A stretch of 43,899 nt of DNA from Parvularia atlantis (taxonomy: Eukaryota), in the NCBI GenBank assembly GCA_943704415.1, contig CALSCO010000864.1:1-43899 (forward strand), read 5' to 3'. The notes under the pieces are model-generated. The model did not search any database. It worked only from the letters and a program-made list of their open reading frames with translations, and was not told the origin of the DNA. Position numbers and translations under genes: made by a program. Shown here one piece after another: positions 31,639 to 43,666 of the stretch (position 1 is its first letter; the number at the start of each line of letters is the position of its first letter).

Positions 31639-33847
31639 TTAGAGCAGGTTCAGGTACGCCGCCGGGCTGACGAGGCGGAACGGCGCAATCGAGGCGTTGA
31701 AGTCGCCGTCCAGCCGCTGCTCGTTGCCGTGCGGGTGCCGCATAGTCGGGCGCGAGGCCGCCTCGGCCGCATTGATGTAGATGAACGTGAACCAGCCGTG
31801 CATGACGCCGACGAGCCGGCTCGACACAAAGCCGAGCCCCGTGCGGCTCGGCCAGTTGACCCCGTAGGGCAGGCTGCGCGACGCAGCAACCGTAAGCGGA
31901 GCGGCAAAGAGTATGTGCACACGCACGTCACGCCTTCCCGCTCAAGCAGCGTCATGCGCCCGCCCTCTTGCAAATCCGCGGGCAGGTGGTCCTCCGTCTG
32001 TGGCGCGGTGCGTCGCGCGCGTCATGCGCGCGCCTGCCCACCCGCCCTGACGCACGGCACCTCGCTGATCGGGTAGTCAAAGTTGGTGCGCGAGACGTAC
32101 GAGAACGTCTGGCCCGGCTGGAGCGTCGGGTAGTAGCCTGCATGCGAGCGGTCAGCGAGGGCGTTGCATGCGCGCACGGTAGCGCACCAATCACGCCGGG
32201 GCCGTCGACAGGCGTCTCGGTGCCGTCACTGCCGTCGCCGTGAGCGAAGCGCTCCGCAGCCGATCGCAGCGCGGCCGCACGCACGCGCCGTGGATGCGCC
32301 AGTGCCGGCTGACGAGCTGGACGGAGCGGTGCGGGCCGTCCTCCAGCCAGATGGTGATTTTGTACGAGAAGTTGAGCGTGATTCTGCTGGGCGAGATGAA
32401 GCCTGACCCGTTGAAGCTTGTGTTCACCTGCGCCCGGGGCTTGAGCGACGCTGCACAGGGCCAGACCAGCGACACGCACGCGGATATGCAGCCCGTCGGT
32501 CACCGACTCGCTGCCGTAAATCACGCCGTCGTACGCGGGCGCGCCGTGCGAGAAGGCGTGGCGGTCGATGCCCATGAACAGCTCCGAATTGGGCTGCGGC
32601 GGCACGATCGTGTAGTGGCCGTCGCAAATCTTGCTGACGTGGTCCTGGCGCGATCGCGTGAGCACACAGCACAGTGCCGCCAGCGGCCATCAACAGCGAG
32701 CACCTCGAAGAAGGACGCAAACGAGGGCGCAATGACAAAGCCGCTGTCGAAACGCTGGCCTCGCTGCCCTGCTCGCGTCGCCTGTGAGCGGCTGCGCCTG
32801 CGAACGGCCGCCGCGGTCGCGCACCGAGCGTGACGATTGCGCCCCACGGCAGCGTGCTGCGCTGGTCGCTCAGACAGACCGCCGCTAGGTGAACTATGCC
32901 CTCCGGGTACTGCCGCGCCCACGAGCGTTAGACTTGGCCGCACGTAGTGCGTGCAGACGCTGAACCTGCACGGCGAAGCTGCACGCCACTCCGCCGCAGA
33001 CCTTGCCCGTCCAGGAGCGCTCGCGCAAGCTGAGCGGGGGGGGACGCACGGTCAATCTGCTGCGCGCGCAGAGTACCGGCGTGCGCTCACCCGCGGAAAG
33101 ACAACGACGTGCGCTGGTCGTAAACGAGCGTGCCGCCAAAGATGCCGCCCCACCACGGGCTGATGCGGCCGGGCACGTTCACCGCCTCGCTGAGCGTCCA
33201 GTCGAGCGTCTGGCCATTGTGGATGCGGAGGGCGCAGCGCAGGTCGAGCGGGAGCCTGGCGCTGTGTACGAGACGCGTTAGCACTGCTTGAGGTGCGTCG
33301 CGTGACGCACCCAATTGTGCCCTCGAACGCGTCCAGCTCGGCCTCGGCGCAGCCCGCGTTGAGCGTGGCCAGCAGCGGCGGGCAGTGCTCGGCGAGGTGC
33401 GCCTCGAGCCGCACCCACGCGCGCTTGACGCGGTGGTAGTGCGGGCCGTAGCGGCGCCAGGCGTGGTGGTGCTGCCGTGCGGCGCCACGTCGCGTCAGCA
33501 GCCGCAGCCGCAGCCGCACGACGTCGGCAATCGCCGCGCACGTGCACGTAGGTTGCGCGCCAGTCGGCCCCGGGCTCGCAGCGCGTCGCCAGCCAGTGCG
33601 CCGCGCACAGCCGCTGCCACAGGCGTTGATCGGCGGCCGCATCGCGCCACACGCGCGCCACCTGCGCGGCGCTTCCCGGTCGCGCAACGTCAGCACCAGC
33701 AGCAGCAGCCGCACGATGCGCAGCCGCCGCAGCCGCAGCCGCAGCCGCAGCCGCAGCCGCAGCCGTCGCAGCAGCAGCGCACCGGGCGACGTCGCGCGCG
33801 TCGTCGAGGAAGGCGAGCACCAGCGTCACGCTATCGGCGTCGAGCAT
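31639..33847 (-). CDS. F-box + SMI1/KNR4 + ApaG protein (FBXO3/SKIP16-like)
   Basis: F-box (VLAFLDDARDVAR..VARVWR), SMI1 (TLNAGCAEAELDAFE, LPLDLRCALRIHNGQ), ApaG (FSYKITI, VQLVSRHWRI, VDGPGVIG|YYPTLQPG..F.Y.S, MHGWFTF, IAPFRL). Confidence 0.88.
33721..33765. repeat. (CAGCCG)n hexamer microsatellite in the first intron of the F-box gene
   Basis: Read directly from the sequence. Confidence 0.85.
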
Positions 33848-33954
33848 GTCTACCAGTAGTAGTTTCGTCGAGAGTCGAAAGTTCCAATCCGTTCTTTTCG
33901 GCTTCGGTGGCGCCGCCTCTTCTCTCAGGCGGCAACGCGAGGCGGCGGGACGGG

Positions 33955-35588
33955 ATGGCGACGATCCAGCGCTTCACGGGCATGTTCGTGTACGACGTGC
34001 GGCTGCAGGACCCGACGGTGATCAACGCGGCGGCGCTGGGCAACTTCAGCGGCACCAAGCAGCAGGCGTGTCCCTGCTGCGCGCTTATGTGCCGTGTGTG
34101 GCGCCAGCTGACGTCGCCGCGCGCCGCGCGCCGCGCACGAACAGGAGATTGTCGTGGCACGCGCGTCCGTGCTCGAGCTGCTCCGCGTCGACCCGACCAC
34201 GGGCCGTGTGCACTCGGTGCTCTCGCGCGAGGTCTTCGGCGTTGTGCGCTCGCTGCAGGCGTTCCGGCTGACGGGCGGGAGCAAGGGTGCGCCGTGCGCC
34301 GTGGCCCCGTCGTCGCGGCGCGCCCGCTGACGGCCGCCGTCAGACTACATCGTCGTCGGGTCCGACTCGGGCCGCGTCATCATCCTCGAGTACAGCCCCG
34401 ACAAGAACGTGTTTGTGAAGATACACGAGGAGACGTACGGCAAGTCGGGCGCGCGCCGCACCGTGCCCGGGCAGTACCTCGCCGCCGACCCCAAGGGCCG
34501 CGCCCTCATGATTGGTGCGGATGTTGTGCCCCGTCGTGTGCTGTGCTCTGATGCACGACGCGCCCGCCAGCCGCGGCCGAGAAGCAGAAGCTCGTGTACA
34601 TCATGAACCGCGACGCGTCAGCCGCGCTCACGATCTCGTCGCCGCTGGAGGCGCACAAGGCGAGCACGCTGTGCTACTCCTGCGTGGTGTGCTCGGTCTG
34701 CGCGCGCCGCGGCCTGGCTCGCCTTACGCGGCCGCGCGGGGCAGGGCGTCGACGTCGGCTTTGAGAACCCGGTGTTTGCGTGCATCGAGCAGGACTTTAG
34801 CGACGCCGACCAGGACGCGACGGGTGAGGCGGTGGACGGGCTGACCAAGGTGCGCCCGTCCTGCGTCTGGCAGCCCACGTGCTGACGCCGCGGGCTGCGT
34901 CGCAGATGCTCACGTACTACGAGCTCGACCTCGGCCTGAACCACGTCGTGCGCAAGTGGAGCGACCCGATCGACGCGCGTGCCAACCTGCTCGTGTCGGT
35001 GCCGGGCGGCACGGACGGGCCGTCGGGCGTGCTCGTGTGCTCGGAGAACTTTGTGACGTGGCGGCACTACGGTGCGCATGGTCGCGGCGCTCTGGTACGC
35101 ACAGTGCACACACGCTCACGCCGGGCGCGTTGCAGGCAAGCCCGAGGTGCGCTGCCCGATCCCGCGCCGCAGGAGCGTGCTTGAGGACCGGTCGCGCGGC
35201 CTGCTCATCGTCGCGTCGAGCATGCACAAGGCCAAGAACCTGTTCTTCTTCCTGCTCCAGTCTGAGTGCGGCGACGTGTACAAGGTCACGCTCGACTACG
35301 AGCTCGACAACGTGCGCGACGTCAAGATGCAGTACTTTGACACGCTGCCCGTGGCCACGTCGCTGTGCGTCATGCGCGCGGGCTTCCTCTTTGTCGCGGC
35401 CGAGTTTGGCAACCAGTGCGGCCGCGTGCGCGCCTGGCGCGCCTGGCGACTGATGCGAGGCGTCGCTGCAGCGCGCTGTACCAGTTTGCGTCGCTCGGCG
35501 ACGAGCACGAGCCCGTCTTCTCCGCATCCGAGTACAGTGGAACGCTGCAATTGCGCGAGGCGGTGCGTCACTGCCGTGGTGCTCGCGT

Positions 35589-35624
<36 letters not shown>

Positions 35625-38600
35625 TGACGACGCAATGCGCCCGGCAGGAGGGCATGCCGACCGAGGACGTCTTTGTGTACTTTGAGCCGCGCGCCCTCAA
35701 GAACCTGACGCTGCTGGAGGACATCAACTCGCTGTGCCCAATCGTCGACGCCAAGGTCATGGACCTCGCGCGTGAGGACACGCCGCAGATCTACATGGTG
35801 TGCGGGCGGGGGCCCCAGAGCACGCTCAAGGTGCTCCGAAACGGCCTCGAGGTGACGCAGCTGGTGTCGATGGACCTCTCGGCCACGCCGCTCAACATCT
35901 GGACGGTCAAGGCCAACGCGAAGGGTGCGTGGTGCAGCCGCTGCTGCAAATGAGCTCAGGCTCACGCGCATTCCGCAGACGAGTACGACGCGTACATCGT
36001 CCTCTCCTTCGTCAACTACACGATGGTGCTGTCGATCGGCGACGTCATCTCGGAGGTGACCGACTCGGGCTTCCTCGGGTCAGCCAGCACGATCGCCGTG
36101 GGCCAGATCGGCGAGGACGCGTTTGTGCAGGCGCGCTTCGGTCGTGCTGCATGTTTTCAGCGGCTCACCCGCGCCGCCGTGCAGGTGTACGCTGACGGCG
36201 TGCGGCACATCAAGGCCGACCGGCGCGTGAACGAGTGGAAGGTGCCGGCGGGCCGCCAGATTGTGCGCGCGGCCATCAACCAGCGCCAGGTGCGTGTGTG
36301 GCGCGTGGCGCTGCAGCTTTGCCCACTCACTGCCTTGGGCGCAGCTCGTTGTGGCGCTTGTGGGCGGCGTGCTTGTGTACTTTGAGCTGGACAACTACGG
36401 CCAGCTGAACGAGTACCAGGAGGTGCGCCGCTTGCTTGTGGCGCACACGCGTGGTGTGCGTGGCGCTGACGGCCTCGCAAACGCAGCGCAAGGAGATGAG
36501 CGCCGAGATCACGTCGCTCGCGGTCGGCCCGATCCCCGAGGCGCGCGTGCGCTGCCGCTTCCTGGTGCGTCTGCACACGCTCGCCTGCTTGCACCCGCAC
36601 ACTCACTGCGCCTCAGGCGGTCGGCTCGGCCGACAACACCGTGCGCGTGCTTTCGCTCGACCCGGACGACTGCCTCCAGCCGCTGGCGATGCAGGTGCGC
36701 GCACGGCTGTGTGTGCCTCGAGGCCGCGCCGCGCTTAACGCGTCGCAGGCCGTGCCCGCCTACCCCGAATCGCTGTGCATGATGGAGATGACCGAGCAGG
36801 ACGGCACGGGCACGCTCTTCCTGACGATCGGCCTGTACAACGGCGTAATGCTGCGCACGGTCGTTGACCCGGTCGCGGGCACGCTGACCGACACGGTTCG
36901 TGCCGCCTCGTGCAGCAGCGTGTCGCATGCGGTTGATGATGCTGCGCGCGCCGCAGAGGACGCGCTTTCTCGGCGCGCGGCCCGTGCGCCTGTTCCCGAT
37001 CCTGGCCCAGAAGCGGCCGGCGGTACTCGCGCTGTCGTCGCGGCCGTGGATGTCGTACTCGTACCAGACGCGTGCGCATCTCACGCCGCTCTCGTGCGTC
37101 GACCGCACTGCGCTCTGGGCGCGCGCATGCCTGAAGCGCGTGCAGGTTCGAGATGCTCGAGGCCGCCGCATACTTTTCGTCCGAGCAGTGTCCCGAGGGC
37201 ATCATCGCAATCGCGGGGAGCACGCTGCGGTGCGCGTGTGCCTGCGCGCGCGCGCTGCCGCTCACGCACAACTCCGGCAGCATCCTGCTTGTCGACAAGC
37301 TCGGCACGGTGTTCAACAGCGTCTCGACGCCGCTCAAGTACACGCCACGGCGCTTCGTGCCGAGTCCGCTCACGCCGCACGTGGTCGTGATCGAGTGCGA
37401 CCACCAGACTTACTCGCCCGGCGAGCGCGACAAAATGCTGGCGCAGCGCAAGCTCAGCGAGCCCGACCCGGATGGGATGGACATTGACGACTACGACCCG
37501 GCCGCGGCCGATGGCGCCGGCGACAAGCTGACGGACGCGGAGCGCGAGGCGCAGTTCCCGGTCAAGGCCGAGCCTGGCAAGTGGGCGTCATGCATCCGCG
37601 TGGTCGACACGCTCGGCATGGCCACGACGCAGGTGATCGAGCTCGATGACAACGAGGCCGCGTTCAGGTGCAACGTCGCGCGTGTGTGCGTGAAAGGGCG
37701 GGCCGGCTGACGCGTGCTTTCGCAGCGTGACAACGTGCGTCTTCCAGGAGCGCATGGAGGAGGCGTACGTCGTCGTGGGCACGGGCAAGGACACGATCCT
37801 CGCGCCGCGCATGTCGTCGATGGGCTTTCTGCGCGTCTACCGCTTTGTCAGCGACGGCTCGACGCTTGAGCTCGTGCACAAGGTGCGTGGTGCGCGTGTT
37901 GCTCGCCGTCTCACTTTGCGCCACGCCACACAGACGCAGATCGAGGACGCGCCCACGGCCCTCTCGCCGTTCCAGGGCCGGTTGCTGGTCGGGTTCGGCA
38001 AGACGCTGCGCATCTACGACCTGGGCAAGAAGCGCATGCTGCGCAAGTGCGAGACGAAGGCGCGTCGTAGGCTTGCCTTCGTGCGCCACAGTCGGCTGAC
38101 AGACGTGCGGCGCGCAGCTGCTGCCCAACGTGATCGTGTCGCTGTACACGCAGGGCGACCGCATCATCGTGGGCGACGTGCAGGAGTCGTTCATCTTCCT
38201 CAAGTACCGCACGCAGGAGAACCAGATGTACATCTTCGCTGACGATACGCTCCCGCGCTGGATCACCTGCGGCACGATGCTCGACTACAACACGATGGCC
38301 GGCGGCGACAAGTGCGTGCGCCAAGCTGCACCCCGCCGGCTGAGCGCGCGCTGTTGCACAGGTTTGGCAACTTTTTCATCAACCGCCTCTCGGACAAGGT
38401 CACGGCAGAGGTGGACGACCCGACCGTGTTCAGCAAGACGCTGATCGAGCGCGGGCAGCTGAACGGCGCGACGTACAAGGTTTGAGCACATGCTGTGCTC
38501 GGCAGCACACACGGCGCTGACAGAGGCGCGCCGCTGCAGACCGACACGCTAGTGCAGTTCCATATCGGCGACACGCTCACGTCGCTCACACGCTGCATCC

Positions 38601-39104
38601 TTGGCACGTGCCCGCGCGTCCCGCGATGCCGGCTGCTGACGCTGCGGTGGCGCGCAGTGCCCGGTGGCAACGAGGTGCTGCTGTACACGACGCTGCTCGG
38701 GTCGATCGGCGCGCTTATCCCGTTCACGTCCAAGGAGGACATTGACTTTTTCCAGGCACACGCGCCACGCGACACCGCGTGATCCGCGGCACTGACCGCG
38801 CCGCCGCAGCATCTCGAGATGCACATGCGTAACGAGGCACCGCCGCTGTGCGGGCGCGACCACCTGTGGTACCGGTCCGCCACCAACCCGGTCAAGGGCG
38901 GCGTGGACGGGACACTGTGCGAGCAGTACAGCGTGCTGCCGATCGAGAAGAAGCGGGCGATCGCGTCCGAGCTCGACCGGACGGTGGCCGAGGTGACCAA
39001 GAAGCTCGAGGTGCGCTGGCCGTGCTTTGTCCCTACTTTGCGCGTGCTGACACGCTGCGCGCGCTGCTGCTGCACAGGACCAGCACAACCGCGTCGCATA
39101 CTGA
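33955..39104 (+). CDS. SF3B3: Splicing factor 3B subunit 3 (SAP130/Rse1)
   Basis: [116 protein letters not shown]. About 25 introns. Confidence 0.98.
35590..35621. repeat. (CA)n microsatellite in an SF3B3 intron
   Basis: Read directly from the sequence. Confidence 0.9.
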
Positions 39105-39147
39105 CATTGTGATGTGATAGACTGGGCTGATGGCGCACTGGCATCAC

Positions 39148-39250
39148 TGACGTCACGTCACCGGCCTTGTCATGGACCGCCGGTCGCTGACATTTTGCGC
39201 GTGCTTATAAAAGACAGGCAGATAGCTGTCACACTCGCCCAGTTCCATTT
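39148..39250 (+). promoter_or_regulatory. Promoter of the IFI44-like gene: perfect CRE (TGACGTCA), TATA box (TATAAAAG), Inr-like site
   Basis: TGACGTCA at 39148-39155, TATAAAAG at 39206-39213, pyrimidine-rich CCAGTTCCATTT about 30 nt downstream, ATG at 39372. Confidence 0.6.
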
Positions 39251-39371
39251 TCTCTCGCCACCGCCCTCGTCGACGCGCCTCGCTGCTGACCTCCCCTTTG
39301 CTGGCCGCGCTTGTAGCAGGCACCCGCGACCCTTCTTCACCCAACCGCCCCAGCAACAACCGACTGTGGTC

Positions 39372-41029
39372 ATGACGACGGTGCGATGTGCGCTCGCGGT
39401 GCCGGCGCGGTCGATGACACTGACGTGGCATGTCACCGACAGCCGCATCAGTACAGGGCCCTCCGTCAGTGCAAGAGCAAGATGTCGGCCGATGGCGAAG
39501 AGGCCACGGTGCGCCGACTGCTTGACGCGCTGCGTGACGCGGGGGCGGTCCGTGACATGTGCGCGCGACCGTGTCAGGCACCGGGCAACGTGCAAGTCAG
39601 CGTTAACCAGCCGATGGTGGGCATCTTTCTGCAGCTCGGACTTTTTTCGGTTCTGCTGTTCAACTTCAACATCTGCAACATTGGCGGCGTCATCGCGCGC
39701 GGCACCAAGCTGCTGGTCGAGACGGACGAGGACTCGTGCTTCGAGCCGGCCGAGGTCGAGCTGGCGCCATTCGACGACATCCCGAGCGGCGAGCACCGCA
39801 GTCACCGTGTCGAGATCCACACGAACGGCAACTCGTCGATCGCGACGCTGCCGTCGCACCTGCGCACCACCGTGAGGCGCGCTGACGGCGTGCCGTACGC
39901 CCTGCGCCACGACGCGTTCGAGCTGCGCGTGCAGGACTTTCTCGGCTACTTTGCGTCGCTGGTGGCAAGTGTGCGGTGCCTCGTCCTCGGCCAGCCGGGC
40001 GTGGGCAAGAGCTCGTTCATCAACCTGCTCAACTCGATGCTCAAGGACCGTCTTGAGACCATCGCGCCGGCGTTTGTCGCGGCCGTGCACGCCACGACCA
40101 CCCTGGACCTGTACTCGATCAGGGAGCGCTTCGAGGTGATCGACATGCCCGGTGTCGACTTTAGCCGCCCGATTGGCGACATCAAGAGCACGGTGGAGGC
40201 GGTGATCAAGGGCGTGCTCCCGTTTGACTACGACGTGATCAACGGTCGCGAGAGCCTGCTGGACGCGGTGCGGCGCGGCGAGCCGACGAGGAACGAGCGT
40301 GCGTGCAACAGCGTGCTCATCTTTGTTGACTGCAACGAGGTCTTTGGCCCGGAGGACGAGCGCAAGCGCGCGCTGCAGACCCTCGTGTCGGCCGTGCACG
40401 GCCTGGGCGTGCAGGTGCTGGTCGTGGGTACGCACCTGGACAAAGTCTGCGACCCGGCGAAGCTCGCCGTGCTCCGCGAGCGCACCTGCGAGTACACCAC
40501 CGTGCCGCGCACACGCATCTTCCTGATCGACTCGTCGGCCGAGGCCGCCGACACGTTCGAGACGCGCAAGACGGTCGCGATGGTCGCCGAGTGCATGGCC
40601 CTGGACGTGCCGCGGCTCCGCCATCAGCTTGAGTTCCCGCGGCGCCCTAGCGCCAGCAGTGCGAGTGCGGTGCAGCTCGAGCCGGTGCCGACACGGACAG
40701 ACGCCGGCCACCTGGAGCCGTACACGGTCTGTGACCAGCACGGCAACTACATTGGCGACGTCACGACGACCGCGCGTGTGAGCGCACAGGCCCTGCGCGC
40801 CGAGATCGAGCAGCAGGTCGAGCCCCTGGCGCAGCAGCCGTTCACGTTTCTGCGCGTCGGCAACCACCCCGTCGCGCGCCAGGTCGAGGCCGCTGTGACC
40901 CTGCAGCACCTCGTTCGCACGCCGCCGTCGCCCGCGCACCTGCCGTGGATCGCGGTCGTCCCGCAGCCGGCGCCGCAGCCGCGCGGGGTGTATGTCATGC
41001 CGGACCTGCCGTCGTACAGCGCGCCGTGA
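39372..41029 (+). CDS. IFI44-like P-loop GTPase with putative N-terminal Ig-like and C-terminal ubiquitin-like domains
   Basis: ATG ACG ACG, then introns 39381-39442 and probably 39509-39577. G1 RCLVLGQPGVGKSSFINLLNSML, G3 VIDMPG, IKG.LPFDY, G4 VLVVGTHLDK. Motif spacing matches IFI44/IFI44L as I recall it. Confidence 0.72.
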
Positions 41030-41176
41030 GCACGATGGGCGACGTGCGAGCGGGTGTTGTCTGAACTGTTTATCTTGTGGAAAGTGCATCGCAAAGGAAC
41101 GCGGCAAAGAAGGAAGGGTAGATGTGTACACAACGCTGTTTTAGCGCGTCGGTGCGCGGCGCACCAAGCGGTCGTG

Positions 41177-43311
41177 ATGGTGGCGACGCCGACGACGAAT
41201 GCCGCGCCGTGCGTCGCTCTCTCATGTCGCCCCCCCCGATCGCCGCTCACGACGCGCGACGCACGCAGCCCGGACGACGCCGCGTCCGCGTTCCTCGACA
41301 TGATGGCGGGCGTGACGCTGGGTGGCCCCGGCACGGCGCTCGCGTTCGACGTCGAGGGCATCGGCGCCGAGGACGACGACGTGCTGTCGGAATCCGACTC
41401 GGAGGGCGGCGGCGCGTCCTCGTCCGACGCCAACTCGCTCACGACGGGTGCGGCCGCTGCATCGTGAGGGGGGCTCTGACGTGCGCGTGTGACGTGCGCG
41501 AGCGCAGCCGAGCCGACCGCGCAGCAGCAGCCCGAGCAGACGACGGCGGCCGCTGCACCGCGACGATCCGCGCTGATGCAGCTGTTTGACCGGCTCGACC
41601 GCAAGCGCGCGACGCCGCCGCCGCCGATCAGCACCGACGTCGCCGCCGCATTGGGCAGCGCCGAGTCGATCTCGCGCACGCGGCCGCCGTCGCTCCCACC
41701 CAAGAGCGAGGACGAGGAGAAGCGGCACATCCGCATGCACGAGCAGCTCGTGCGTGACGCGCAGAAGCGCGAGGAGCGCAAGATCGCCGAGCGGCGGCAG
41801 CGGCGCGAGGTCCGCGAGAAGGTGCGCGTCCCGTTTGCCTGCTTGCTGTATGCCGCCTGCTCACGTCGACGCTCACAGCACATGGCCGAGCTGACCGCCG
41901 TCTGGGTCAACGACATCATCCCAAAGTGGCCGAGCAAGTCGCAGGAGCACCGCACGCGGCAGCTGTGGAAGCAGGGCCTGCCGCCCAAGGGTGCGTGCGT
42001 GCGGGCTCGTGTTGCTTGGCTGGCCTGACGAGCGTGTGACGGGGACAGTGCGCGGCAGAGTGTGGACGCTCGGTGTGGGCAACGCGCTCAACGTGACCGA
42101 CGACCTCTTTGCAATTTGCCTCAAGCGCGCGCGGCTCGCGCTGCAGGCGCAGGTATGTTGCCGCAGCTGTGGGCGTGGTGCGGCGCGGCTTATCGCGTGA
42201 ATGCAGACGACGGCCGAGGAGGCCGCGCGGGCCAAGCGCGCGAGCGGCGAGGGCGAGGGTGAGGGCGGCGACGCACCTCTCACGATGGCCGCCGCAGCCA
42301 CCGTCGGGCGCGAGGACACGGTCGCGCTGATCGGCGTCGACCTCAACCGGACGTTCCCGCAGCTGGGCATCTTCCAGGCGGGCGGGCCGCTGTACGAGCC
42401 GCTGCGCGAGGTCCTGATGGTGCACACGCGCGCTGTTGTGGTGCCGTCGTGGACTGACGCGGGCGAAACAGGCGTACGTGTCGTACCGGCCCGACATCGG
42501 CTACATGCAGGGCATGTCGTTCCTGGCCGCAATGCTGCTGCTCAACATGGACGAGCGCGACGCGTTCAAGGTACGATCAGGGCGGTTTTACGTGCACGCG
42601 CGCTGACGCAGCGCGGCAGACGCTGTGCAACCTGCTCAACCGGCGCTGCCACATGTCGTTCTTCCAGCTCGACATGGCCAAGATCGAGGGCTACAAGGCG
42701 AGCGCGCGAGCGTGTGCCGCATGTGTCGCACGAGCTGACCACGGCGCGCAGATGATCCTCACGACACTGATCCAGGAGCACCTGCCGACGACGCACGAGG
42801 TGTTTACGCGGCTCAACATCTCGGTCGACATCTTCATGTACGAGGTGCGCAGCAGCGGCGGCGGCGGCGGCGGCGCGCGGCGGGTGCGCGTGGCTGACCG
42901 GCGCGCGGCAGTGGGTGCTCACGTTGTTCAGCAAGTCGCTGCCGCTCGAGATCTCGTCGCGCATCTGGGACCGCTACATCCTCCAGGGCGAGGTGCGCGC
43001 GGCGGCCGGCTTAGCCGTGCATCTGATGCTGTCGCGCACCCCCAGCGCTTCCTGTTCCGCGTGTGCCTCGGCGTGCTGCACTACCTCGAGAAGCAGTTTG
43101 AGGACGCCACGTTCGAGACGGCCGCGTTCGACCTGACGCATCTCCCGCACGACGTCGAGATCGAGGTGCGTGCCGCCGCGTGCACTTGCTGCTGCCACTC
43201 AGCGCCCGTCCCCGCGCGCAGGAGTTTTTCGTGCACGTCGACTCGATCCACATCTCCAAGCCGCGCTTCGCGGCGCTGCACGCGGCGGCCTTCCCTGGCG
43301 TTGCTCTCTGA
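41177..43311 (+). CDS. Rab-GAP TBC domain protein (TBC1D14/TBC1D12-like)
   Basis: [30 protein letters not shown]...[47 protein letters not shown]...RIWD. About 11 introns; TGA at 43309-43311. Confidence 0.92.
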
Positions 43312-43334
43312 TTTGTTTTTTTTTTTCTGCTTGT

Positions 43335-43472
43335 GCGACCACGAGAGTTAGAGCGGCCACAGAGCGGGTTAGACTACGTTCAGCGACCACGAGAGTTAGA
43401 GCGACCACGAGAGTTGGAGCGACCACAGAGAGGGTCACGGAGCGACCAACAGAGAGGGTCAGAATACGTCCA
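43335..43472. repeat. Irregular direct-repeat array with GCGACCAC core (6 units, 18-31 bp)
   Basis: Units start at 43335, 43353, 43383, 43401, 43419 and 43442. Confidence 0.85.
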
Positions 43473-43517
43473 GCAACAGCACCTACAGTTATAACTGGTG
43501 CGGGAAGACAGGCGACG

Positions 43518-43666
43518 CCTCTTACAAAAGTGCCTTTTTAAACCTAAACTGAACTCCTTGTGTCACTGTGGAGCCGAGTCGTCCTTGGTGGCACCTTTCT
43601 CCGGGCCCGAGGCAGCCTCAGGGGTTTCCCGCCGCATCACGAGCAGTGCTCGTGGTTCTTGAGATA
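43518..43666 (-). ncRNA. Candidate omegaRNA (Fanzor2/TnpB guide scaffold)
   Basis: Hairpin at 43654-43638, hairpin CCTGAGG/CCTCGGG, long-range stem AAAGGTGCC (43598-43590) with GGCACTTTT (43534-43526) enclosing a GGCTCC/GGAGTT hairpin. Lies at the element's 3' end. Confidence 0.45.
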
